Shown here one piece after another: positions 34,021 through 44,753 of a stretch of 64,000 bases of DNA (the first letter of the stretch is position 1; each line of letters opens with the position of its first letter). The position numbers and the translations under genes were made by a program. The notes beneath the pieces were generated by a model that did no database searches, was not told where the DNA came from, and saw only the letters and a program-made list of their open reading frames with translations. This DNA comes from Curvularia clavata (lineage: Eukaryota). Location: the NCBI GenBank assembly GCA_023920165.1, contig CP089279.1, forward strand, positions 2,356,001 through 2,420,000. Reading direction: 5' to 3'.

Positions 34021-35909
34021 GGGAGATTCCTTGATGAGAATTTGACGTTAGGTACACTACACAGGCAGACGGGCGGGAATACTTAGCATTCCGCGTGGTT
34101 TGCTTAGTCTGCTAGGAACGTGCATGGTGGGACGTATCTATCAACGCCTGTTGGGGAAATTATCTGCACCCCAAATTCAAAGAAAGCAGGACATGAACCT
34201 CAACATTGTTCACATGTGCATACATTTCCTATTTGAGCCTCTTGGCTGCTTGCGCATCGGTCCGTAAACACTCCCATCTGCCTCGCATCGAGACGCTCGC
34301 ATTCCATTCCCTTACGCTATCCTCCCCTTGCAACGAACGCTTCCCAAAAAGCAGTGATTTGCATGGCGTTATTCTCTACCTTGCTCGCGGGAAGGGGGTT
34401 GTGATGCAAAACACGCTTGCGTGCAGATTCCAAAGCGGACGGCCCGAAAACACCAACTTTATCACGTCCCTTCACCACCATGGACGTGACATCCTTGCAT
34501 TTACACATACACCATTGATGGCGATGAGGGAACAGGTATCCCGAGAGTCTATTTTCTCTTCCCGCTAGATGCACGCAATTTGAGTCCTGAAAAGTATGTT
34601 GCCAGCAGGGCATAAGGACCCTGTTTTTGGATGTTAACTTTCTTGCAAGCACCTACTCAGACTAGGGACGTAAGATTATCTGCATTGTGGCTGGCGCAAT
34701 CGGTTTAACATACCTACTTACAATACACGCTATCCCGCCCATCTATCCCCATCTCCACTCTTCTCCCCCTAGCCTGCCATCTCCACTAACAACTCTCCTC
34801 ATGTAACAATCCAACTACAAATGTGGGTATGCACACATGCATGCACCGTGACGGGTGTTTTGCCTAACGGCCCGAAAAGACGGATGTGCGCGTGCGCATG
34901 CACTACCCTGGCTTCCTGTATATAGCTAAATCAAGGACGCAGCAGGTGATCGCGGTTAGGGAAGGTGACGCGTTTGCGCTGCGGGTGTGGGATACGAGGG
35001 GACATGGGGTGCATCCTTCGGGGTATTTAGGGTTGGAGAATTAGGTTCATTGCTGGGTTGGGATTACAAGCAGGATGAACAGGGACGGGAGTGGGTATCG
35101 GTGAGGCTCTCGGGCCAAGAGAAGAAAGTGGAGACATGTTGTTGGTGGGTCGGGTGAGGAGATGGAGAAGGAGACGCGAGGAGATGGCGTGATTGAGGCG
35201 GATGGCAAGGGCGGTTTGCATCGGATGGTTGGAATCCGGGGCGAGAGGATGAGGAAATGGAGATCATTGAAGGGTGTGTAATCACATACAATGAGTAAGG
35301 TCATGTTGCAGCATTTCGCTTCTGCAAAAGGGTCTGAAAGGGAAGGAGAACGAATAGTGGTAGTTGCCGCTCATCGCCACTTGTTGATGCTCAGTGGCTA
35401 CTTTCTCTCTTCTTGTCCTTGTCTGTAAAATATCTACAAGATTGTTGGGAAGCTGTTGTAAGTTTCCTACTGTAAAGGATGGATGTAATCAACATGTGCA
35501 TTTACAGGCGTCACTGCCAAAGATGCTGAGCCTAAAGTTTTATTCTGCCTTGTCCTTTCTCTATGTAATGAATAGAGAACCTTTATGTACATGGGTACAC
35601 TAAGTTCGTTGGGACTAAGATACACGTGAAGTTTTGTCAGATACCTGTTTCTCGGTTGAATGAATTCTTTCCAGTGAACACTGCCAATGTAGCCCCGCAA
35701 ACACATTATCACGTTGTAAACTGATCATGTAGGCTTGCGATAAGTTCAGATCAATAAGAAGGTGCTATACTAACAATAATGCGAATGAATATTCGACTTA
35801 ACGCAGGTCACTGTGAATCACTCAAGGCAAAATGTGGTTGAGGCACTGGCATCATTGAGGAATAGCAACAGCATTGCGAATATATTGATATACAAGATCT
35901 TCTATACTC

Positions 35910-37940
35910 TCAAGTTATAAACTGCGACCAAGACCCAGGTTCTGTACCCTTCTTCTCCTCCCTTCCAACTTCCGCTTCACTCTGCTGCCCTTGAGATTCT
36001 CTTCTGCGACCTTCGTTTCCTCCCTCTTGTTCAGGCAATGGAGATCGCTTCCTGCTTTTGACCTTCTCTTTCTTATTACTTTCTGAACCCTCCTGTCGTC
36101 CAGTAACCTTCACACCACCTTTCTTTAGATTCTTCTCGACTTTTTTATTTGCCTGTCGTTTTGCCCTCTCGCTAGCCTTCCTCTTCAGCTCCTGCTGCGT
36201 ACGAGCATTGAAAAATAGCTTAAGTTGCGCGTGTCTAACAATTCCTGCAAGTTCGGGCGGGTAATTGCGCGCAGTGAGGTCCGGGTCAGAGAGCAGACGT
36301 GTGGTTTGCGAGTGCAGCTTTTGGAGGGCGGATGTAAGCGGTGTGTCAGGGTGGTTGGGGAAAGATGGGTTGATCCTCTTTCGATGAGGATCAGGAAGCG
36401 GTCGGTAACTTAGGCTTGGTTTTTTCTCTTCTTTTTCCTGTTCCTCAGCCTGGGTAAGGGCTTGCTCAGTTGCTTCTTTTTGTTTCGACTCCGCATCTTC
36501 CTCAAATAGATGAGACGAGCTTTGTCCTCTATTCTCGAGTACAAATGCTAGGCCAAGAGAGTGTCGACCGTTACTTCCGTAAGGAGTAGCTTCGAGGATC
36601 TCTTTGGTATCATCTGTCCAGAATGTCTCTCCTTCGAATAACCTCTTTGCAGTGCGATAAACTGTACCAGTAACTGGAATGAGCTTGTTTTTCTCGTCCA
36701 TGGCAGCATTGACTTGCAGTCGCCCACTGCCATGTCCTATGGTAATCGCACCCTCCACCAAAGGCTCAGGAGATAGCATCTGTTCGACAATGGTTCCTGG
36801 GATGCGGGCCGCAACTGCTGTCGTTAACGCTGCAGTCAACGGTATAGCGCGATGTGGCTGCGTGTCGGAGAGGAAGCGGAGAACAATGTCCATTTGCGAT
36901 GACTGAAGAGTCTTTCCCGACAGCACAGGATGAGTGGACGACTGTGATACAAGACCAATCTTCGGGATGGTACGGGGCACTTCATCTTCTGATGCTGCGA
37001 TGCCCATTGCCACTGCGGCAGTTTTCCGAATGCTTTCGAGCAGTGCGAGCTTGTCTGTAAGCTTATTGAAGTCGTTAGGAAGAACAGTACCATCCACACC
37101 GACGTCGTCTGCGCGAATGAAGACCGCTGGGTTCGCTCCATCTACACAGGACACTTTATAGCCCCTGATGCTGTCTATTCGTTTACCAGTGGGCAGAACC
37201 TTACCGGTCTTGCTGCCGTACGGTTGTTTAAAGTCGAGCTTGATCTTTGAGCCGTTTCCAGTCACTCCGTCGATACTATAGTCTCCCACAACAGCAGCTT
37301 GCCCTCCAAGGACTTCAAAGGTAGAGTCTATCAACTTTCCAGTATTCGTATTTCGAATTCTGACTGTGACGTCTCCATCTCCCTGTGCGTAAATCCGAGG
37401 CGGCAGGAGACCTGCATTGTATGCGTAGGGTCCAATAGCGCTACTCATATTGCCGCAGTTGCCTGCAATATCCACTTCGTTGTTCTCAATGCCCAATCCA
37501 ACGAAAGTGTAGTCAATGTCTAACGCTTCCTCGTCCAAGCTGTCACGTGCCTCCTCTCTAGCCTGTGCTTCCCGTGCGCTTTCCCGAGTTGCATCAATGC
37601 CGCCATAGCCTGTGCGAAAGCGACCGGCTGTGGCATCGATGGCAATTCTTTTGCCGTAGGGTTCGACCAGACATATTTTGCTCAGACTCGATATGCCAGC
37701 GCCCATACCATCGAGCTGCCGTCCATACGAATCACCACTCCCCATGATTTGGCGGAAGATGTTGGGCCATTTTGCACGTTCTCTGGGAAGATGTTGAGGT
37801 TGGATCATGACTGCCCGCGATGTGCCTCCCCGGTAGTAGGCCGCCTTGATCGGTTTTTGTACCGGTGCAGAGGGAGGCGCATCATGTCGGGAGATAAAGG
37901 TCCGTATGCGGAGGGAGTATATTGGCGAGGAACGCATCAC
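35910..37940 (-). CDS. PrpF/DUF453 family isomerase with mitochondrial-type N-terminus and long charged C-terminal extension
   Basis: Intronless 676-aa ORF: YYRGGTSRA, GRQLDGMGAGISSLSK, GNCGNMSSA, GSKTGKVLPTG, SCVDGANPAVF, RTAKRLFEG. Confidence 0.88.
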   Translation of the reverse strand: MMRSSPIYSLRIRTFISRHDAPPSAPVQKPIKAAYYRGGTSRAVMIQPQHLPRERAKWPNIFRQIMGSGDSYGRQLDGMGAGISSLSKICLVEPYGKRIAIDATAGRFRTGYGGIDATRESAREAQAREEARDSLDEEALDIDYTFVGLGIENNEVDIAGNCGNMSSAIGPYAYNAGLLPPRIYAQGDGDVTVRIRNTNTGKLIDSTFEVLGGQAAVVGDYSIDGVTGNGSKIKLDFKQPYGSKTGKVLPTGKRIDSIRGYKVSCVDGANPAVFIRADDVGVDGTVLPNDFNKLTDKLALLESIRKTAAVAMGIAASEDEVPRTIPKIGLVSQSSTHPVLSGKTLQSSQMDIVLRFLSDTQPHRAIPLTAALTTAVAARIPGTIVEQMLSPEPLVEGAITIGHGSGRLQVNAAMDEKNKLIPVTGTVYRTAKRLFEGETFWTDDTKEILEATPYGSNGRHSLGLAFVLENRGQSSSHLFEEDAESKQKEATEQALTQAEEQEKEEKKPSLSYRPLPDPHRKRINPSFPNHPDTPLTSALQKLHSQTTRLLSDPDLTARNYPPELAGIVRHAQLKLFFNARTQQELKRKASERAKRQANKKVEKNLKKGGVKVTGRQEGSESNKKEKVKSRKRSPLPEQEGGNEGRRRESQGQQSEAEVGREEKKGTEPGSWSQFIT

Positions 37941-38189
37941 GCATCATATCATTGAGTCTCGGAGAAGCGAAGCAGCCGTCGTAAACTTGGATGGAGGCGA
38001 ATGCTCGGAAGAGATCCGACCTCGGGACGGGAAGATGGACCCTGCTCGGGTGGGTGCGTTGGGCAATCCGTCACAAGTCCGAATTTTTCTCGAAGACGTT
38101 AACATCATCGCATCACACATCTCGACTACATTTCTCGCCGCACAACCATCGCATTACATCCTCCTGCATTTCACACAACTCTATACAAT

Positions 38190-38945
38190 ATGCTGCAAAG
38201 AACTATTCTCCGCGCCTCAAGACAACAGGCTGCCCGCCAAATACGGGCCTTTGCACCACTACGTCAGCAGTCCCCCATCACACGGGCAGTAGTCTCACCT
38301 GCTATCCGATGGTACTCAGATGCTGCACCAGCAAAGGAGGGCGAGGCAGCTGAGAAGAAGAAGGAGGATGCGCCTGCAGAGAAGAACGAAGCTTCACAAT
38401 TGAAGGAGCAGATAGAGAAGAAGGACAAGGAAATTGTCGAATTGAAGGTACGCTCCACCATAGGATGTGTATATGCAAGAGAGGGGCAAACCGCTCACAC
38501 CACCTAACAGGACAAATACCTTCGCTCCGTCGCCGACTTCCGCAACCTCCAAGAGCGCACCAAGCGCGAAATCCAAGGCGCAAAAGACTTTGCCATCCAG
38601 CGCTTTGCTCGCGATCTCGTCGAGTCTGTCGACAACCTCGACCGCGCCCTTGGCACCGTCTCCGAGGAGAAGCTCAAGTCGGACAATGCCGACCTCATTG
38701 CTCTCCACGACGGCATCAAGATGACCGACACCATTCTCATCAACACGCTCAAGAAGCACGGATTGGAGCGCTTCGACCCTTCGGAAGCTGCGGAGAAATT
38801 CGACCCCAACATCCACGAAGCCGTCTTCCAGGCACCCCAGCCAGACAAGGAGGATGGCGTTTGCTTCCACACACAGCAAAAGGGCTTCAAGCTCAACGGC
38901 AGAGTACTACGACCAGCCAAGGTTGGTGTTGTAAAGAACGCCTAA
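38190..38945 (+). CDS. MGE1: Mitochondrial GrpE nucleotide exchange factor
   Basis: Presequence, intron 38448-38510, DKYLRSVADFRNLQERTKR, FDPNIHEA and GFKLNGRVLRPAKVGV. Confidence 0.97.
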
Positions 38946-39446
38946 ATGTCGTCTACACCTTTCCTACATGAACCACGACGATTTGGATTGCTTTTTTCTT
39001 GCTTCGCATCTGTATGACTATACCTTGGTTCGCGGCTCTTAGAAAGAGCAACGGGTACATTTAGGAAAAGGCGTTTCTTCGTGTGTTGCGCCACAACAAA
39101 ACCTGGGCTAGCACTGGAAATTTCTCTTTTGACATGTGTACATATATTCCCCTCTCACGCATCTGGAAAAAAGTTGAGCAAACAACAAATGACGCAACTT
39201 GCGACTTGTACTGTAATATTAGCTATGACGGACATGATAAAAAGAAAAGAGTCTTGAAAGAGAGCGAGAGAGCCAGAGAGAAAGGTCAATTGACAATGCT
39301 TTCTTCTCCAACCTGCCAGTCTGAAGATATATATTTCTGTGTTGGTGACGCCAGCCATTTTTAAACGCCAGCCCATGCAATTGTTGTACAGCCATTTGGC
39401 CCATCTAGTATTCAATTTCATCAAAGGTCCCCACGTGCGCATACAT

Positions 39447-40561
39447 CTACCAGCCCTGGCCATAAGGTGTAGCACCATACGGCGTAGTGCCTCCTTGAGC
39501 CGCACCGCCCCATGAACTGGCGCCACCATAGCCTCCAGGGCCTCCCACTGGCGTGTAGCCACCTGCATCGCCATAGCCACCCCCGTTCAACATGGGGCTT
39601 TGGGCGCCGCCAAAATCCTCGGGGTCTCCGACACCACCAGATAATTCTTTGAGAACTTCAGCGAGTTTGATTTGTAACCGCTGGATTCCTTTTGTGACAA
39701 TCTGGTCTGGTTCAATACCGCCGACTGTTTCGACGTCGTAGAAGAAGCGTGTAGGCACGGCATTGTAGTTGAAGGGCTCGTCGGGGTTGGGTGGGCCGCC
39801 ATCGAGGTTGATACGGGCTTCATCCTTGGGCCTAAAAGCATATCATTAGTTTGAGGTTGTCTGCCTAGCCAGCAGGCACTGCACATACCACTCCTTTTCT
39901 GGATCTTCCTCGTGCCAATAGTCCAGATGGTGCAGCTTGTTTGCAGGATCGTACTCGAATCCGATGGCCGCGCTGGGCGCCCATTTTGCGTGTTCCTTCG
40001 CGATACCCTTCTTTGCGATGCACTTCATGTTGATGGCCTGGCCTCTGCGCAGCTTCACAATGCAACTGCCCGTGCCTTCTGAGTCTGTAATCACCGGCCG
40101 TCCTAGCTCGTCATTCGGCGGTCTCGACTCGATAACCAGATCGCGCGCATACACCTTCATAATCTCGCTGCCTGTACATTTCGCGTTGAGAGTAAGGACA
40201 ACGCTGCAGTTGTCACAGTAACCTTCGCAGTCGCAGTCACGCGAGTACAGCAGGTCGTCTACGCCCTTTGAACACAAAGGAATGAGACCAAGGCGGTGGC
40301 AGACAAACTCGTCGGCAAGCACAGATGTGTTGTCAAACACTTCCACAACGTCGATCGCAAGCGTTGGGATCTCAGCGAGCATTACACGGCGAAGCGCATT
40401 TGCGGTTTCCAGATTAAAGTTTTGGACGATGAAATGAGCACGCTGGTTGTCGGCCTGCGCATGGCTGTGTTAGCTCGACGTGTCAGCCCAGGTAGACAGA
40501 GCGGGCAGTGTACCTGGAGAAAGCGGACGTTGATCTGGCCGCCATCTGGATCGTAGTCCAT
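39447..40561 (-). CDS. RPB3: RNA polymerase II subunit Rpb3
   Basis: ANALRRVMLAEIPTLAID, NTSVLADEF, zinc site CDCEGYCDNC, KKGIAKEHAKW. Introns 40513-40455 and 39888-39832. Confidence 0.97.
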
Positions 40562-41839
40562 CGCGTCGGCGTGTGGATGAGAAGGGGGCTGAGGAGTTGC
40601 GGAGCGCGTGAGAGAGCCGAGATATCAAGGCGACCCGGGCGGAAGATAGGCAGGTACGTGTTGGCGTGTGTGGGGTGGCTGGCTAGGGTCGTCGTGGTAT
40701 ACGGAGATTCTTTGAGGTGAGTCTGGAGCGGAGAGGCCTAAGCCGATTGCGGCTGGAGATTACATGCGCCACATCTGCGCCACAGATTGGTAATAAGATG
40801 CCTCGTGGTATTCGCACGACGTACGATACTCGTTCAGTACACAATAGGGACTCGTTCAAGAACTAGACCAAATATTTCTCGGGAATGAAGGGCGGCATTG
40901 TCATATCGCCACGAGCGAGTCTGCACGACTCAAACGTGTTAATGCGACAACAGCTAATAGCTAATAGTGGGAAGAGCAAACGTCACGGATGAGTAAGTCT
41001 ACTGAGCTTGCGTACTCGGACACGTTGGCAAGATAGATAATGACTCTGTCCAGCCTTGCGCATGAGATGCTTGAGACACCCGTTGCCAAAACATACGCGG
41101 CGAATGAGGCACGGTGGAAGCCGTCGAGCATGAGACATCAGAATGCTATCGGCTGACAAAGGCGGCGTGCACCAGGCCGCCTAGAACTGCCTTGCTTGCC
41201 AAATCAATCGAAACAGTATATTACCATGTTGTACTAGACGGCGCAGTCCTGGCAGTAATGCCAAATGTTGAGTCTGCGGCCGACCAGAGGCCAGTATTCC
41301 CAGCCAGTCGGATAGTTAAGGCCGTCGCAACATGTATGCCGTGCAGCCCAGACAGGGTCAAGGCGGACACTAACAGTCGATCTGGCACTTGAGTACTGCG
41401 CAAGCAATATTGGGTGGAGCAGAGCAGAGACTGCTGGAATTCGCCTTGGGGCATTTGGGGCTGAGTGGACGATGAGTGAGCACCAACGAGGCTGAGGCCT
41501 TTCTCCTTTTCTCGACGTGTTGTGCTTTTGTCAGGCTAGGTTTGGTCCAGGACGCGTCCGCAGAGGTCCGTGGCCGATCCAAAGCGCAGCGTGTTGAGGA
41601 GTTGACGATGGGGCAGTGCAGTGATGCCCAGTCTGGACATGGTTGCGGGTGAGGTGACGGCCGAGTTCTAGGCTTGGCGAGTGAGGCGGAGCAACGCTTG
41701 CTGGTGGCATGCGGAACCTGGAACCATCCGTCAGAGGACCGCATCCGAATATAAGACTCAAGTCGTCACGACGTGGTCCTCCAACTCACCACAGCCATTT
41801 ACAAAGCAAGCACACTCAAGATATTTCTGTGCAGCATTC

Positions 41840-42685
41840 ATGATCGCAAGCATGCAAGACACCATACCATCGCCACAGCGCTCTCGCGCATCGTCGCGAA
41901 GCAAGTCGCCGCTTTCCATCGACCTGTCCGACCTGCCTCCACTGGTTGAGCCATCCCCACCGTCAAACACACTCATCATCACCGTAAGCAACATGTTCAG
42001 TAATTGCAATAACAATGCTAACAAGGCTCAGAATCTTTTGGCCCCGGAAATCTTTCATCTATCTACCCTCACCGAGATTCGCGAAACAATCAACCAGCAT
42101 GCGAGAGTGCACACATGGGCGCCACTCAAGTCCTTCCGTCGCATTGTAGTCTCCTTCTTCGATACAGACTCAGCGATACAAGTCCGGCAGGCGCTTGACG
42201 GAGAACAACTTATGGGCTTTCGCATCCGTGTATACTTTGGTGTAAACACACCGATGAATCCAACCGACCAGCACCTGGCACTGCCCAAGTCAGATCGGCT
42301 CTTCTTCATCTCGCCGCCACCATCGCCACCTATGGGCTGGGAAATCAGAGAGGAAGATGCACCCAACACTGTCGTCCATGCCGAGGATCTGGCAGCAGCG
42401 CTGGCAAAGCTGCACGCAAACCCAGAGGAATCGTCGCCTACCTCTGAGCACGGAGCTACCCCAATCACCAGGAGGCGTACGGGCAGTACGACTGTCGTCT
42501 ACCACCCAGAGGACCATGGCGACTCACCAAACCTTCCAGCCATCTCCGTTGAAGACACAACTGAAACACCCGAGCCCTCAACGCCACTCGACACCATGGA
42601 GGGCGTCGAGGGACCCATTGCTTCGCAAAAGGCACAAGGCATAGCCGTCAGCACTGCTCGGCCACCGGTCGAGTTGATGCATTAG
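41840..42685 (+). CDS. RCN1: Calcipressin / regulator of calcineurin (RCAN)
   Basis: Start at 41840 or 41852; intron 41984-42031. PLKSFRRIVV, FFISPPPSPP, PxIxIT-like PAISVE and C-terminal TARPP. Confidence 0.93.
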   Translation: MIASMQDTIPSPQRSRASSRSKSPLSIDLSDLPPLVEPSPPSNTLIITVSNMFSNCNNNANKAQNLLAPEIFHLSTLTEIRETINQHARVHTWAPLKSFRRIVVSFFDTDSAIQVRQALDGEQLMGFRIRVYFGVNTPMNPTDQHLALPKSDRLFFISPPPSPPMGWEIREEDAPNTVVHAEDLAAALAKLHANPEESSPTSEHGATPITRRRTGSTTVVYHPEDHGDSPNLPAISVEDTTETPEPSTPLDTMEGVEGPIASQKAQGIAVSTARPPVELMH

Positions 42686-43427
42686 AGCGTTCTATTACTC
42701 TGTTATTTTCTTTGTGTGGTTTCCTTTCTGTTTCTGTGTTATCAAAAAGCATCATATGCGCACATTTCAACAGCATGGCAAGGCTTCGGCGTTTCTGGTT
42801 TAAGTGTCTGGGAAACGCTCGGATTTGAGCTGGTTAAGTGCATCGGATTTGGTCGCGCAATGAATCGCGCGAGTATACCCAGTGGTATAGAACTGGGGCT
42901 TCCTGGAGTTACTATGTATATATGTTAAATGAGACAAACACGTTCAACCAGACGCTGCACCGCCTCATGTGATGATAAATAACACCTATACTTACGCCTG
43001 GTAGAAACAAACCATCCATCTCAGATGTCGACATGACTCTTGAAACTGTTGGATGAGAATACTATTGGTCGCTAGGTGAAGCCCTTGCAGTACTACGCAA
43101 AACACGTGCTCACAAAAGGCATTCGTAAAAGAGCGACAATTGTGAGGCAGAGACTTTCGTATGAAAATCCTCATTGCAGATTGGATTGCGAACATTCACT
43201 TCACCGTAGATGTTCTCTATCTACTTCAAGTCGATGGGGCTACGGTTCCGCATCTAATGTTAGCGCGGTTCTCAATGATCTGCACGTGACGCGCCAAGCG
43301 CACTAGCGCGCACCACTCAAGCGAGCCCGTCGAAAACTATCAATTTCGAAATCTCGAACTCAGACTCTCACGACGACCATATACTAACGTTGCAGCTTCC
43401 GCACGCCGTCGAGACGCCGCAGTCAAG

Positions 43428-44346
43428 ATGAAGCTCAACATCTCCTACCCCAACAATGGCACCCAGAAGCTGATCGAAGTCGACGATGAGCGCAAGCTCC
43501 GTGTCTTCATGGACCGCCGCATGGGTCACGAAGTCCCTGGCGACAGCGTCGGCGACGAGTTCAAGGGCTACATCTTCAGGATCACCGGTGGTAACGACAA
43601 GCAAGGTTTCCCCATGAAGCAGGGTGTTATGCACCCTACTCGTGTCCGACTCCTGCTCGCCGACGGCCACTCCTGCTACCGCCCCCGCCGCACTGGCGAG
43701 CGCAAGAGGAAGTCCGTTCGTGGCTGCATTGTCGGCATGGACCTTTCCGTCCTGGCTCTCAGCATCGTCAAGAAGGGTGACGAGGACATTCCCGGCCTTA
43801 CCGACATTGTCCACCCCAAGCGCCTCGGTCCCAAGCGCGCCACCAAGATCCGCCGCTTCTTCGGTCTCAGCAAGGAAGATGATGTGAGTTCTCTCATAGC
43901 TTCTTCGCCAATCCTGCTTTATCTAGCGGATTGAGTCTCGCTCTTTCCTGCTATCAGCAGCGCATTGAGTCTGAGCAAGAAGTGAGCCTAGAAATTATGA
44001 AGGTTTGAGCACTAACAATTACATTTGTAGGTCCGCAAGTTCGTCATCCGCCGTGAGGTCCAGCCCAAGAAGGAGGGCGCTAAGCCCTACACCAAGGCCC
44101 CCAGGATCCAGCGTCTGGTTACTCCTCAGCGTCTGCAGCACAAGCGCCACAGGCTCGCACTCAAGCGCCGCCGGGCGGAGGCTTCCAAGGATGCTGCCGT
44201 ATGTGCCTCCCTTTACTTCTCTATCGAACCAAAGGCTAACAATGTGGCAGAACGAGTACGCTCAGATCCTTTCCAAGCGCATCAGCGAGGCCAAGACTGC
44301 CCACGACGAGGCCCGCAAGAGGAGGGCGTCTTCCATGAAGCACTAG
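43428..44346 (+). CDS. RPS6: 40S ribosomal protein S6 (eS6)
   Basis: MKLNISYP...[13 protein letters not shown]...KRRASSMKH. Introns 43884-44030 and 44199-44250. Confidence 0.99.
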
Positions 44347-44753
44347 AGGATCATCATGAGTTCATGATTGGGTCGTGAGATGATTACATTGGCGTCGGCA
44401 TGAAAAACAAGGGAGTGAGCTCCTATATCTGAATGAAAACTTCGGGCATTCTAGGGGATAGGCGCTTCTCATACCACTGACTGTTTCAAGCAGTTGTCTG
44501 AATAAACAATTGCATCACTTCACGACAGTCTCACATGCTCCTTGTGTTCCACCCACTTGGCTTCCTTGTTGTCTCTTACATCGCGACAGCGAACCTATTG
44601 CACTTTTCAAGACCCCTGTGCTGCCGTTGCCATCGAATCATGACGGAATATTATTTACCTCATTCGCAGTGCTGTAATCATACATTGTTATCATCGCTTG
44701 CAGGCACGCTCACCCACGAAGCCCTTGACCTATCATTTAGGTACTCAGCCAAC

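Noticed and set aside
35027..35035. TTAGGGTTG (CAACCCUAA on the minus strand) as a telomerase RNA template
   Set aside because: The downstream structure favours the + strand by G.U pattern, and I could not identify a pseudoknot or CR4/5 domain on the minus strand.
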